Positions 28,096 through 38,079 of a stretch of DNA of 64,000 bases are shown one piece after another. Source of the stretch: Rhodospirillaceae bacterium (lineage in GTDB: Bacteria; Pseudomonadota; Alphaproteobacteria; MPNO01; UBA2964); NCBI GenBank assembly GCA_002720855.1, contig PBIN01000014.1, positions 777,619-841,618 of the forward strand, in the 5' to 3' direction. The notes under the pieces are model-generated. The model searched no databases. It worked only from the letters and a program-made list of their open reading frames with translations, and was not told the DNA's origin. The position numbers and the translations under genes were made by a program. Within the stretch, counting starts at the first letter, position 1, and every line of letters starts with the position of its first letter.

Positions 28096-30087
28096 GTGTC
28101 CGATACGTCTTCATCGGCGGAAGCGCCAGAAAACAAGAAGGGAGCAGCGCTTCTGCAGGAATGGAAAGAAGGTCCATTGGTAAATGTACTATGTTTATCA
28201 ATGGGGGCTCTTATAACGATAATTGCGCTTAGCTGGGCCATCGAATTACCTCTTAAAGCAGGATTTCAATGGCTTGATGAGCAGGCCATGGTTGCTTGCT
28301 ATGGCCTTGTCCTAGGTATTGTTTTCATCAGATTCCCAGCAGGTGGGGGAAAGCAACGTCCATCAATACCCTGGTACGACATTTGTCTTGCAGCACTTGG
28401 ATTCGGGACCTGCGCGTACCTGTTGTGGGTATATGGGGATATTGAATTAAATCCCTTCGCGATGCGGCCGACGATGTTCTGGATCAGTCTAATTCTCCTG
28501 CCGATGACGGTGGAAGCCCTGCGGCGCACCGCCGGCATGAGTCTGACAATTATTTTTTCAACGTTCGTAATTTACGCCTATCTCGGGCATTTACTGCCTG
28601 AACACGGCTTTCTATTCCAGGCACCATACAGGCTGACGGCTGAACTCGGGACAAACAACGCCTCTATACTGGGATTGCCACTCAAAATTATCGTTTTGAC
28701 GGTTGTTCTCTTTATTTGGATGGGACAGCTGCTTCTGCACACCGGTGCATCTGAATGGTTCACAGATCTGGCTGCGGCGCTGATGGGACGCTCGCGTGGC
28801 GGGTCCGCGAAAATTGCAGTTGTGGCTTCAGGCTTCTTCGGATCGATTTCCGGATCAGCTGTTGCAAATGTCGCATCCACGGGTGTGATTACCATTCCGC
28901 TTATGCAACAAGCCGGTTACGACCGAAAGAGCTCAGGCGCCATTGAGGCGGTTGCTTCGACGGGCGGGCAAATTATGCCCCCGATTATGGGCGCCGCTGC
29001 GTTTTTGATGGCGGAGATTCTGGAGCTTGAATACACGGAAATTATACTGGCTGCTCTGGTTCCCGCAGCGCTCTATTACCTTGCTGTCTTTGTGCAGGTC
29101 GATCTTGAAGCGGCCAAAAACAAGATTGCACCTCTTCCTAAAGACCGTATTCCCCTTGTCGGGAAGGTTATGAAGGAAGGGTGGTTCTTCCTATTACCCT
29201 ACGTAATTTTGGTATGGACTCTGTTCTCGTTGAACTTGCCGCCGCAAGAATCGGCATTCTGGGCAGCTATTTCCGTTGCCATTGTTAGTTTGGTGTTTGG
29301 CTATAAGGGGCACCGCATTACACCAAAGCAAATTTGGGATTCGATTGCCGGTTGCGGTAAATCATCGGCAGATATTGTTGCTATTGGTGCGATGGCCGGG
29401 ATTATCATTTCGATCCTGGACCGCACCGGGCTTGGCCAGTCACTTACATTGCTGCTCGCTGCTGTTGGTGAAGACAGCCTGTTCCTGCTCCTGGTTCTTA
29501 CAGCGGTTGTTTCGATCTTGCTGGGAATGGGTATGCCGACATCGGCGATTTATCTGCTCCTGGCGACAATGATCGCACCATCGCTGATCAAGCTCGGCAT
29601 TCATCCCATTTCAGCGCATATGTTTGTGCTGTATTTCGGCCTGATGTCGATGATAACGCCGCCGGTTGCGATAGCGGCGTTCGCCGCGGCAAACCTTTCC
29701 GGTGCCAAGCCGATGGAGACAGGTGCGACCGCTGTTCGACTGGGCTGGATTGCCTATGTCGTGCCCTTCATTTTCGTTCTGTCGCCGGCATTAATCGGGC
29801 AGGGGACGACATTCGATATAGCATCAGCAACGATTACGGCCTTTATCGGGGTCTGGTTTGGTTCTTGCGGGTTGATTGGCTATATGTTTGGTCCGCAGAG
29901 CATGATTGGCAGGGTATTGCTTTTTGTTGCGGGGATCCTGTTGCTGCTGCCAGCTGACGCCATCGCGAATGGGTTGTTGATCAATGCCATAGGTTTGGCC
30001 ATCGGGGTGATATGGGCGCTAAAGGATTATATCGCTAATCCCAAAAAGGCAGCAGCCGAGCCAGGTGTCGGCGGTGGCGGCGAATAA
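28096..30087 (+). CDS. TRAP transporter fused 4TM/12TM permease (TAXI-type DctQM fusion)
   Basis: 663-aa polytopic protein. The N-terminal small-permease-like segment is fused to a DctM-like domain. Confidence 0.8.
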   Translation: MSDTSSSAEAPENKKGAALLQEWKEGPLVNVLCLSMGALITIIALSWAIELPLKAGFQWLDEQAMVACYGLVLGIVFIRFPAGGGKQRPSIPWYDICLAALGFGTCAYLLWVYGDIELNPFAMRPTMFWISLILLPMTVEALRRTAGMSLTIIFSTFVIYAYLGHLLPEHGFLFQAPYRLTAELGTNNASILGLPLKIIVLTVVLFIWMGQLLLHTGASEWFTDLAAALMGRSRGGSAKIAVVASGFFGSISGSAVANVASTGVITIPLMQQAGYDRKSSGAIEAVASTGGQIMPPIMGAAAFLMAEILELEYTEIILAALVPAALYYLAVFVQVDLEAAKNKIAPLPKDRIPLVGKVMKEGWFFLLPYVILVWTLFSLNLPPQESAFWAAISVAIVSLVFGYKGHRITPKQIWDSIAGCGKSSADIVAIGAMAGIIISILDRTGLGQSLTLLLAAVGEDSLFLLLVLTAVVSILLGMGMPTSAIYLLLATMIAPSLIKLGIHPISAHMFVLYFGLMSMITPPVAIAAFAAANLSGAKPMETGATAVRLGWIAYVVPFIFVLSPALIGQGTTFDIASATITAFIGVWFGSCGLIGYMFGPQSMIGRVLLFVAGILLLLPADAIANGLLINAIGLAIGVIWALKDYIANPKKAAAEPGVGGGGE

Positions 30088-30106
30088 AACGTGGTGAATT
30101 GAGCGG

Positions 30107-30556
30107 TCAGATAGTTGGCCGCTCTTTTACCAGCGTCTTGCCTTTCTCGAATATCTCATCGGGCCACGGCGCAGCTTTGCGAGCGATGGTGTCGAGTGAT
30201 ACACAAACTTGGTCGTTGATTGCGCAAATTTCATCAGTACAGATATCAATCATAGCGCCCCAGACATGCAGGCTCTTCGGAGTGAAATTAATCAGGCAGG
30301 TTCTGACCTGAATTAAGTCGCCCGGAAGGATTTCCCGTTTATATTCAAAATTTTCAGTAACTGCCGCCATACCGCGATCATTCTCGCGCATGTATGTCGG
30401 CGTAATACCGGCCGTCGTAAAAGTGCAATAAGCGGCTTCATTGAAGGCACGACTGTAATAGCGCACATTGGCGTGGCCCATATGATCTGTTTCCATCGGG
30501 TAAAACATACCCTGATAGGCGATATTGAAGTCCTTAAAACGTTCTAGCGGCGACAT
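30107..30556 (-). CDS. Hotdog-fold acyl-CoA thioesterase (4-hydroxybenzoyl-CoA thioesterase-like)
   Basis: 149 aa with the YbgC/4HBT-like pattern (PMETDHMGHANVRYY...). Confidence 0.55.
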   Translation of the reverse strand: MSPLERFKDFNIAYQGMFYPMETDHMGHANVRYYSRAFNEAAYCTFTTAGITPTYMRENDRGMAAVTENFEYKREILPGDLIQVRTCLINFTPKSLHVWGAMIDICTDEICAINDQVCVSLDTIARKAAPWPDEIFEKGKTLVKERPTI

Positions 30557-30747
30557 AGTTATAAAATTTCATGTTATTGGAATCGCGGCGACTATAGCTG
30601 CGGCGCGGACCCTGTCAATTGGTGTGACGTTGAAGCAGCGGGCATGTCGGCGTACTCTTGCCGTTCAAATTCTGAAGCCTGATTTAAGGACAACTGATGT
30701 TCAAGCAACTTGGCGTTTCCGCCACTACCCCTTGTACGCATCCGGTG

Positions 30748-31650
30748 ATGCGGCAAATCATTTTGGATGCCTATCCGGAGGCACGCATTGTTGGTGAGGA
30801 GCGGATTACCGAAGAAGACCGCTTGATTGAGTTTTTGACCGGTTGCGACGCGGCAATCGTTGGATTTGAACCGCTGACAGACAAGGTTCTGACAGCACTA
30901 CCCGAGCTCAAAGTTGTTAGCAAGTTTGGAGCAGGCTGCGAGACGATTGATTTCGATGCCTTGAAAGCACATGAGATACGTTTTGGGTACACCTTCGGCG
31001 TCAACAAACTTTCGGTAGCTGAGCTAACACTAAGTTTCATGATTAGCGCACTACGTTGGATAACGCCGCTGAATCAATCGATGCGGGCAGGGGATCGGCC
31101 CCGCTATCGGAATGGGGAGTTGTTGACTGGACGGACAGTTGGCATTCACGGTTGCGGCAATATCGGCAAGGAGGTCGCCCGTCTTTTGAAACCTTTTAAC
31201 TGCACGATCCTGTCCTGCGATGTGAAGGATTATCCTGAATTTTATGCAGAGTACGATATTGTTCCCGTTTCCTTTGATGAACTGTTGGAACGTTCTGAAG
31301 TCCTGACATTGCATCTACCCAAAACACAGTCGACACGCGGCCTCTATACACGTGAAGTTTTGCAACGCATGAGACCCGAAGCTGTGTTGATCAATACTTG
31401 CCGCGGCGAGATTGTCGATGAAGATGCGTTGGCTGATCGGCTTCAGGATGAGTCATTGCGGGCAGCCTGTTTCGATGTATTTGCCATTGAACCAGCGGCT
31501 AATGACAGGCTGCTCAACCTCCCCAATTTTTTGGCGACGCCGCATATTGGCGCCAGCACAGAAGAGACACGCGTCGCAATGGCACAGGCTGCGCTTCGTG
31601 GGCTCACTGAGAATGAATTGGTTGAACCTGAAAAATACTACGACAATTAA
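30748..31650 (+). CDS. D-isomer-specific 2-hydroxyacid dehydrogenase family (NAD-binding)
   Basis: Rossmann motif GIHGCGNIGKEVA, a catalytic R/E/H arrangement (...NTCRGEIVDE...TPHIGAST), and a probable ATG at 30748. Confidence 0.75.
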   Translation: MRQIILDAYPEARIVGEERITEEDRLIEFLTGCDAAIVGFEPLTDKVLTALPELKVVSKFGAGCETIDFDALKAHEIRFGYTFGVNKLSVAELTLSFMISALRWITPLNQSMRAGDRPRYRNGELLTGRTVGIHGCGNIGKEVARLLKPFNCTILSCDVKDYPEFYAEYDIVPVSFDELLERSEVLTLHLPKTQSTRGLYTREVLQRMRPEAVLINTCRGEIVDEDALADRLQDESLRAACFDVFAIEPAANDRLLNLPNFLATPHIGASTEETRVAMAQAALRGLTENELVEPEKYYDN

Positions 31651-32435
31651 ACGACCGGCGATTTACCGCCATCGACGTTGATCGCCGCACCGGTGATGTA
31701 GCCGCCTGCTTCGGATGCCAGAAATAGGGCAGTACTGGCGAATTCTTCGGTTTCGCCGATACGGCCTAAAGGAATGTTTCGCGCATCCACCATGTCCTGA
31801 AGAAAATCTTCGTATTCCTGATCTGGCTGTTTTTGTGCGTAAAGCCGTTCCCATTGGCCCGATTTAATAAAACCGACCAGTAGCGCATTCACCAAAACGT
31901 TATCCGGTGCGCCGGTGTTTGCCAGGACTTTGGTGAGTGCGAGGCCAGCAGCTCTGGCAACAGCTGTAGGTGCACCATTGGCGGCTGGCGCTTTCGATCC
32001 GATATTGAGGACATTGATAATTCTTCCCCACTTCCGGGATTGCATTGCTGGTAGTGCGAGGCGGGCAAGCCGAATTGCAGCAAAGAGCTTGAGCTCAAAA
32101 TCGTCATGCCATTCCTGGTCCGTGATGTCGAGAAATGGCCCCGCTTTCGAGGTGCCAGCGTTATTGATCAAAATATCTACTTGGCCCAGCTCTGCTTCCG
32201 CAACGGCAAAAGCATCCGCCGTTGCGGCTGGATCCATCAAGTCACAGGAAATTGTGACTACCTGCTGGCCGCCAGCTGCTTTGATTTCCTCCTTAGCAAC
32301 ATCGAGTAAATCCTGACCCCGCGCAATAATTGCGACGTTGGCGCCGGCTTCTGCAATTTTGAGAGCCATTCCCTTGCCGAGGCCCTGACTGCCGCCCGTG
32401 ATAAGTGCGCATTTCCCGTCTATTCTGATGTCCAA
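31647..32435 (-). CDS. SDR-family short-chain dehydrogenase/reductase
   Basis: TGGSQGLGKG cofactor motif and the NNAG motif. 262 aa. Confidence 0.8.
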   Translation of the reverse strand: MDIRIDGKCALITGGSQGLGKGMALKIAEAGANVAIIARGQDLLDVAKEEIKAAGGQQVVTISCDLMDPAATADAFAVAEAELGQVDILINNAGTSKAGPFLDITDQEWHDDFELKLFAAIRLARLALPAMQSRKWGRIINVLNIGSKAPAANGAPTAVARAAGLALTKVLANTGAPDNVLVNALLVGFIKSGQWERLYAQKQPDQEYEDFLQDMVDARNIPLGRIGETEEFASTALFLASEAGGYITGAAINVDGGKSPVV

Positions 32436-32462
32436 TTTAGCCTCCCTACCGTTTTGCGAATC

Positions 32463-33749
32463 TTACGAGCTCGATTCCCGTTCAATTGCCCGCCAACCGA
32501 TGTCCCTTCGGCAAAATCCGCCTGGCCAGTCGATTGCATCTACGGCCCTATATGCATTGGTTTGTGCTTCGGCGACGGTTTGTCCGAGGGCGGTCACTGC
32601 TAAGACGCGTCCGCCGATTGCACAAACGTCTTTTTCATCATTCAGCGTCGTTCCCGCATGGAAAACTGTAACGTCCTTGTCGGTTTCGGCGTCCTCCAAT
32701 CCTTTGATCACGCTTCCTTTGTCGTAGCTTCCTGGGTAACCGTTGGCAGCCATGACGACCGTTAGCGCGGTTTCGTCATACCAACGCAAATCAAAATCCT
32801 TTAGCACGCCATCGGCGGAAGCAATTAACGCCGGCAGCAGATCGGACATGAGGCGCATCATAAGCACCTGACATTCCGGGTCGCCAAACCGAACATTATA
32901 TTCAAGCAGCTTTGCTTGACCGTTCTCAATCATTAAACCGGCATAGAGAACACCTTTATACGGTTTACCTTCTTCCTTCATGCCTTTCATGGTCGGACCA
33001 ATAATGGTCTCCATGATCGTCTCCGCCATTTCATCCGTGACAATGGGCGCAGGCGAATAAGCACCCATTCCGCCGGTATTCAGACCGGTATCGCCGTCAC
33101 CGACGCGTTTGTGATCCTGTGCCGAAGCCAAAGGCAATGCAGTTTCCCCGTCGCACAGGACGAAAAAGCTTGCTTCCTCTCCACCGAGAAATTCTTCAAT
33201 GACAACTTCGGCACCTGCTTCCCCGAATGCACCACCTTCCAGCATGTCATCAATGGCGGCATTTGCCTGGTCCGTTGTTTCTGCAATGATCACGCCTTTT
33301 CCGGCTGCCAACCCATCTGCTTTTACAACAATTGGTGCACCGTTTTTCTCCACAAACGCTTTCGCTTCGACGACGTCAGTAAAGCGGCCATAGGCGGCAG
33401 TCGGAATGTCATGCCGTGCACAAAAATCCTTCATAAACCCCTTGGAGCCCTCCATTACTGCAGCAGCAGCGCTTGGGCCGAATGATTTCACGCCAATTTC
33501 CAGCAGTTTGTCAGAGAGTCCGGCCACAAGGGGTGCCTCGGGGCCGATTACAACGAACTCGATTTCGTTTTCCTGAACGAATCGGATTATAGAGTCGATA
33601 TCCTCTGCGCCGATATCGACGCATTCTGCATCCTGCGCAATCCCGGCATTACCCGGTGCGCAAAAGAGCTTGGTAACCAGTGGAGAACCGGCAATTGCCC
33701 AGCAAAGTGCGTGTTCGCGACCGCCGCCGCCTACTACCAAGACTTTCAC
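32463..33749 (-). CDS. purD: Phosphoribosylamine--glycine ligase
   Basis: The N-terminus [15 protein letters not shown] is followed by an ATP-grasp core. 428 aa. It lies divergent to xseA, as in many alphaproteobacteria. Confidence 0.9.
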   Translation of the reverse strand: MKVLVVGGGGREHALCWAIAGSPLVTKLFCAPGNAGIAQDAECVDIGAEDIDSIIRFVQENEIEFVVIGPEAPLVAGLSDKLLEIGVKSFGPSAAAAVMEGSKGFMKDFCARHDIPTAAYGRFTDVVEAKAFVEKNGAPIVVKADGLAAGKGVIIAETTDQANAAIDDMLEGGAFGEAGAEVVIEEFLGGEEASFFVLCDGETALPLASAQDHKRVGDGDTGLNTGGMGAYSPAPIVTDEMAETIMETIIGPTMKGMKEEGKPYKGVLYAGLMIENGQAKLLEYNVRFGDPECQVLMMRLMSDLLPALIASADGVLKDFDLRWYDETALTVVMAANGYPGSYDKGSVIKGLEDAETDKDVTVFHAGTTLNDEKDVCAIGGRVLAVTALGQTVAEAQTNAYRAVDAIDWPGGFCRRDIGWRAIERESSS

Positions 33750-33832
33750 TCGATTGTCTCCTCTCCCCGTTATTCTTTATCTGCGACACCGCTGGTACGG
33801 CCCTTTCCGTTTAGCATAGAATGTGAGTCGCG

Positions 33833-35398
33833 ATGACCGACAAGAATTCAGAAACTGATTTACTATCTGGTGCCGACGGGGGTGCGGAAGTGGGTATTGA
33901 ACACAATATCAATGAGTTTTCCGTCGGTGAGATTTCTAGTGCGGTCAAACGAACGCTTGAAGGCGCGTTTGGCAGGGTACGGGTGCGAGGCGAGGTTTCG
34001 CGTCCAAACTATCATGGTTCGGGCCATCTCTATTTCACATTAAAAGACGAAGACGCTGCGATGGATGGCGTCTGCTGGCGGGGTTCTGTCGCCAAGTTGG
34101 GTCTAACGCTCGAAGAGGGAATGGAAATCGTCTGTACCGGAAGGATTTCGTCCTATCCAAGAAGTTCGAAATATCAAATCGTTGTCGAAGCCGTTGAATT
34201 GGCCGGTGAAGGTGCTCTCCTAAAACTTCTGGAAGAACGTCGCAAAAAACTAACGGCTGAGGGGCTGTTTGATTCCGATCAAAAGCAGGACTTGCCATTC
34301 CTGCCGGAAATTATCGGTGTTGTTACATCTCCAACGGGCGCGGTAATTCGCGATATCCTGCATCGTCTGTCTGACCGGTTTCCACGACGCGTCCTGCTAT
34401 GGCCGGTGATGGTCCAAGGCGACGGTGCCGCTGAACAAATCGCTGATGCGATAGCGGGCTTTAACGCCTGTACCACTGAAGGAGAAATTCCAAGGCCAGA
34501 TCTGATAATTGTTGCGCGCGGCGGTGGTAGTCTTGAAGATCTTTGGTGCTTTAACGAAGAGGTTGTTGTTCGAGCGGTCGCCGCGGGTGATATACCTCTG
34601 ATTTCAGCTGTTGGTCATGAAACCGATACAACGCTGATTGATTTCGTCGCAGATGTCAGAGCACCGACCCCAACAGCTGCCGCAGAGATGGCGGTGCCCG
34701 TGAGAACCGAGCTCGAAGCACTGTTGCTGGAAAATCAGCGAAGATTATTAGCCGGGTTGGAAAGGTGCTGGGAGGAACAACGACTCGAGCTAGAGGGGCT
34801 TGCGCGTGGTTTGCCACAACCCGATCATCTTCTTGAGGAGGCACTGCAACGTTTGGACAGTGAAACAGATCGGCTAAGGCTCTCGGTCTCCAATCGGTTT
34901 GAACAAAACGGCGAACGTGTCACGGGGCTCGGCGCGCGATTGCGGAATCCACGCATGGTTATGACGTCCGCCGGTGAGAGATTGGAGCAAGCATGCGAGC
35001 GCTTCACGCTGGCAATGGCGGGGTGTTTACAAAAGAACGATGATCGGTTTATCGCACTCGACACGGAAGCACGGTTGCCCAATTCTCTCACTCGTATCGT
35101 TACGGCGAAGCAGGATGGTTTATCGGCGCAAAGTCAGCTTCTCGATAGTCTTTCATACAAAGGGGTGCTGGACCGAGGATTTGCGCTGGTTCGTAACAGC
35201 GAAGGCAAACCGGTAAAACGTGCTGCCGAAGCGATGTCAGGTGAGCATATCAATATTGAGTTTGCCGACGGTGCGCGCGACGCAGTTGTAGGTGGTGGCG
35301 ACCCATCAGATTCGAAACCTAAAAAGCGACCGGCTAAAAAACCAAAAGCAAAAAAGAGGGCGTCGCCGGAAGATGATTCCCAGGGGTCGTTGTTGTGA
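33833..35398 (+). CDS. xseA: Exodeoxyribonuclease VII large subunit with a Lys-rich C-terminal tail
   Basis: An OB-fold N-terminus (VRVRGEVSRPNYHGSGHLYFTLKDE) is followed by the XseA catalytic region. The gene ends with a TGA stop that overlaps the next start (GTGA). Confidence 0.85.
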   Translation: MTDKNSETDLLSGADGGAEVGIEHNINEFSVGEISSAVKRTLEGAFGRVRVRGEVSRPNYHGSGHLYFTLKDEDAAMDGVCWRGSVAKLGLTLEEGMEIVCTGRISSYPRSSKYQIVVEAVELAGEGALLKLLEERRKKLTAEGLFDSDQKQDLPFLPEIIGVVTSPTGAVIRDILHRLSDRFPRRVLLWPVMVQGDGAAEQIADAIAGFNACTTEGEIPRPDLIIVARGGGSLEDLWCFNEEVVVRAVAAGDIPLISAVGHETDTTLIDFVADVRAPTPTAAAEMAVPVRTELEALLLENQRRLLAGLERCWEEQRLELEGLARGLPQPDHLLEEALQRLDSETDRLRLSVSNRFEQNGERVTGLGARLRNPRMVMTSAGERLEQACERFTLAMAGCLQKNDDRFIALDTEARLPNSLTRIVTAKQDGLSAQSQLLDSLSYKGVLDRGFALVRNSEGKPVKRAAEAMSGEHINIEFADGARDAVVGGGDPSDSKPKKRPAKKPKAKKRASPEDDSQGSLL

Positions 35399-36228
35399 GA
35401 CGGCTTACAATTATAGCAGTCCCGTTACTCTTCGGTTCTCCGGCAACTGCCTTGGAGTTAAACGGCCCGTTCATTCAAGGTGCTTTGATATTGGGAAAAA
35501 CTGAACCTGGGGCATCAGTTTTGCTCGATGGAAATCCGATAGCCGCGCTACCCAACGGCCGATTTGTATTTGGATTGTCCCGGAATGCGGGGCCGAAAGC
35601 TCTGGTTACGGCACGGCTCAGGGACGGCCGAGTGAAAGCCCGCACCATAAAAATTCAAAAGAGAAAATATCGAATTCAGCGAATTACCGGATTGCCCAAA
35701 CGGAAAGTAACGCCTCAGAAACGCGACTATAAACGCATAAACAGAGAACGTGATTTGCTGAATAAGACTCGTGAGCAGCTGACTCTTTCAGCAGAATTTC
35801 TTGACGGCTTTATATGGCCGGCACACGGGCGTATCTCTGGTGTCTATGGCAGTCAGCGAATTTTGAATGGCAAGCCAAGGGCACCGCATCTGGGTGTTGA
35901 TGTAGCGGCACCAACTGGAACGCCTGTAGTCGCTGCTGCTTCCGGTACAGTAACACTTACGCACAAAGGCATGTTTTTTACCGGTAAGACGATTCAAATT
36001 GATCATGGTTTAGGTGTTGGTACGATTTATATTCATCTCAACAAGATTCTGGTGAAACAGGGCGACTACGTGCGTAAAGGTCAGCTCATAGGCAGAATAG
36101 GCAAGACAGGCCGGGCAACCGGTCCGCATCTTCACTGGGGACTTTCCTGGAAAAAAATGAGGCTTGATCCGGCTTTGTTGGTGGGCCAAATGCCCAAACC
36201 CAAAACCCCCGTTAAACGGCGAAACTAG
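35395..36228 (+). CDS. M23-family metallopeptidase (LytM domain), secreted
   Basis: Signal peptide, then HxxxD and HLH motifs (PHLGVDVAAPTGTPV...GPHLHWG). Confidence 0.75.
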   Translation: MRRLTIIAVPLLFGSPATALELNGPFIQGALILGKTEPGASVLLDGNPIAALPNGRFVFGLSRNAGPKALVTARLRDGRVKARTIKIQKRKYRIQRITGLPKRKVTPQKRDYKRINRERDLLNKTREQLTLSAEFLDGFIWPAHGRISGVYGSQRILNGKPRAPHLGVDVAAPTGTPVVAAASGTVTLTHKGMFFTGKTIQIDHGLGVGTIYIHLNKILVKQGDYVRKGQLIGRIGKTGRATGPHLHWGLSWKKMRLDPALLVGQMPKPKTPVKRRN

Positions 36229-37112
36229 TCATCTGGCCATCGGCGGTGTAACCAGCATAACCATTGTGCGGGTTTTTCACTCGCCCATTCCTCAAAAATC
36301 GCGTTGATGTGCCGCATCATTGTTGCGACGTCACCGTCATTTGGTTTTTCGAGCGCTGGATAGAGTTGTATCTGAAAATTGCACCCTTTGGTTCTGACTA
36401 TCCGGACTGGAAGCGCCGGACAATCATAACGAATGGAGAGCTCAGCAACAGCTGGCGCTGTCATCGCTTGTCGTCCGAACAATTCAACAGAAATACCGTC
36501 ATTCATCTTCTGGTCTACGAGCATTCCGAGCCTTCGTCCTGACCGAAGAGCCTTTATGGCACCACGCGCACCCTTTGCTCCTTTGGGAATGATGTCGCTA
36601 TCTTCGAGTTTTCGGATTTTACGAAGCATTGCATCGACAAAGTGATTATTTGCAGCCCGGTAAACCTGAACATAGGGAACACCGGTTCTTTGCGCGGATA
36701 AAGCCAATAACTCCCAATTGGCGAAATGACCCGAGAAAAAGATGCAGGGCACACCTTCAGGCTTAACGTGATCGATCCGTTCTTCATTCAATACTTCAAC
36801 GCGGTCAGCAATAATTTTTTCGAGATGGGGTAATTCCGCAAGCACGCGTCCCAGATTATCCCACATATCAATTGTGATCTGTAGTATCTCGTCTGTGCTA
36901 TAGAGGGGAAAGGCGCGTTTGAGACTGGCAAGCGCCCGTTTCTGGTATCCAAGGCGTGGACCTATACAACGACCGATCCAGGCCCCGATGCCAGACGCCA
37001 TATCGACAGGCAAGAGTGCAAAAAATCCATAAATAATAGCGACCGCAAGAGCTTCGAGCGGGTAACCCACCGCCCGGTAGAATCTTCTTTGTGCTGGTGT
37101 CCTTTTAGCCAT
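36225..37112 (-). CDS. Lipid A biosynthesis acyltransferase (LpxL/HtrB family)
   Basis: Lauroyl/myristoyl acyltransferase family with the HFANWE (H-x4-E-like) motif. It is the last gene of the lipid A operon. Confidence 0.7.
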   Translation of the reverse strand: MAKRTPAQRRFYRAVGYPLEALAVAIIYGFFALLPVDMASGIGAWIGRCIGPRLGYQKRALASLKRAFPLYSTDEILQITIDMWDNLGRVLAELPHLEKIIADRVEVLNEERIDHVKPEGVPCIFFSGHFANWELLALSAQRTGVPYVQVYRAANNHFVDAMLRKIRKLEDSDIIPKGAKGARGAIKALRSGRRLGMLVDQKMNDGISVELFGRQAMTAPAVAELSIRYDCPALPVRIVRTKGCNFQIQLYPALEKPNDGDVATMMRHINAIFEEWASEKPAQWLCWLHRRWPDD

Positions 37113-38079
37113 CGGCGAGAATATCTTTGAGGATCAAGTCGCGTGCATTTTCCTTTTCCCATTCCAGGGAAATTCGAACTGTTTTTATCAAGGCACGCGC
37201 CCCCTTTGGCAACCGGATGTAATCTTTTTCAGTCGTAACAGGGATCGCATCAAGTGCCGACGCAGTGTCACAAAGCTTCATAATTTCATCCGGCTGGAAT
37301 TTATGATGGTCGTCGAAGTCGGTAGTGCCGGCGACATCGCAACCCATTTCCAGGAGTGTTTGATAAAACTTGGAAGGTCTCGCGATACCCGCGAAAGCAA
37401 ACACTCTTTTGTCGATAATCTCGGGGTCGGCATAGGCAACGATGCGTGCTCTATAGATCGTGCATTTGTCCCCAATCAAATGAGTGACGTTATGTCGATC
37501 CTCTCCGATGAGAACCACAGCGTCACATCGCGCCAAGCCGGAAGAAGGTGTTTCGCGCAATGGCCCCGCAGGTAAGATTTTGCCATTTCCAAACCCGTAT
37601 TCACCATCGATTACTAAGATTGAGAGGGTTTTACAAATAGATGGATTCTGAAAACCGTCATCCATAACGATAATCGAAGCACCATTGCTGATTGCGGCTT
37701 GTGCTCCCATAATTCTGTCCCTAGAAACCCAGGTCGGCGCCGCATCCGCGAGTAGAAGCGGTTCATCCCCAACATCCGCTGCACTATGAACCTGACGGTC
37801 AACACGTATGGGGCCACTCAGAGTTCCGCCAAATCCGCGGCTCAACAAATGAGGTTCCAGGCCTTTTGCCATAAGAGCGCGCGTTAAATCGATCGCAACC
37901 GGTGTTTTTCCCGCGCCGCCAGTTGTTACATTTCCGATGCAGACGACTGGTATTGGCGCGGTCCATGGCACTGCGGAAAAGATGTTTCGAACTGATGTGC
38001 CAACGTGCCACAGGATCGATAAAGGCGACAACAAATTCCCCAGAACACCTGGTTTATGCCAGAAGCTAGGCGCGCGCAT
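37105..38079 (-). CDS. lpxK: Tetraacyldisaccharide 4'-kinase
   Basis: P-loop GNVTTGGAGKTP. 324 aa. It overlaps both neighbouring genes. Confidence 0.85.
   Translation of the reverse strand: MRAPSFWHKPGVLGNLLSPLSILWHVGTSVRNIFSAVPWTAPIPVVCIGNVTTGGAGKTPVAIDLTRALMAKGLEPHLLSRGFGGTLSGPIRVDRQVHSAADVGDEPLLLADAAPTWVSRDRIMGAQAAISNGASIIVMDDGFQNPSICKTLSILVIDGEYGFGNGKILPAGPLRETPSSGLARCDAVVLIGEDRHNVTHLIGDKCTIYRARIVAYADPEIIDKRVFAFAGIARPSKFYQTLLEMGCDVAGTTDFDDHHKFQPDEIMKLCDTASALDAIPVTTEKDYIRLPKGARALIKTVRISLEWEKENARDLILKDILADG

Noticed and set aside
35396-35398. Possibility that TGA is reassigned (Trp or Gly) genome-wide, which would explain both in-frame TGAs
   Set aside because: TGA is a normal terminator for xseA (35396-35398), coxB (61479-61481) and dctB (13753-13755), each followed by properly spaced downstream starts. 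Genome-wide reassignment is therefore not supported.
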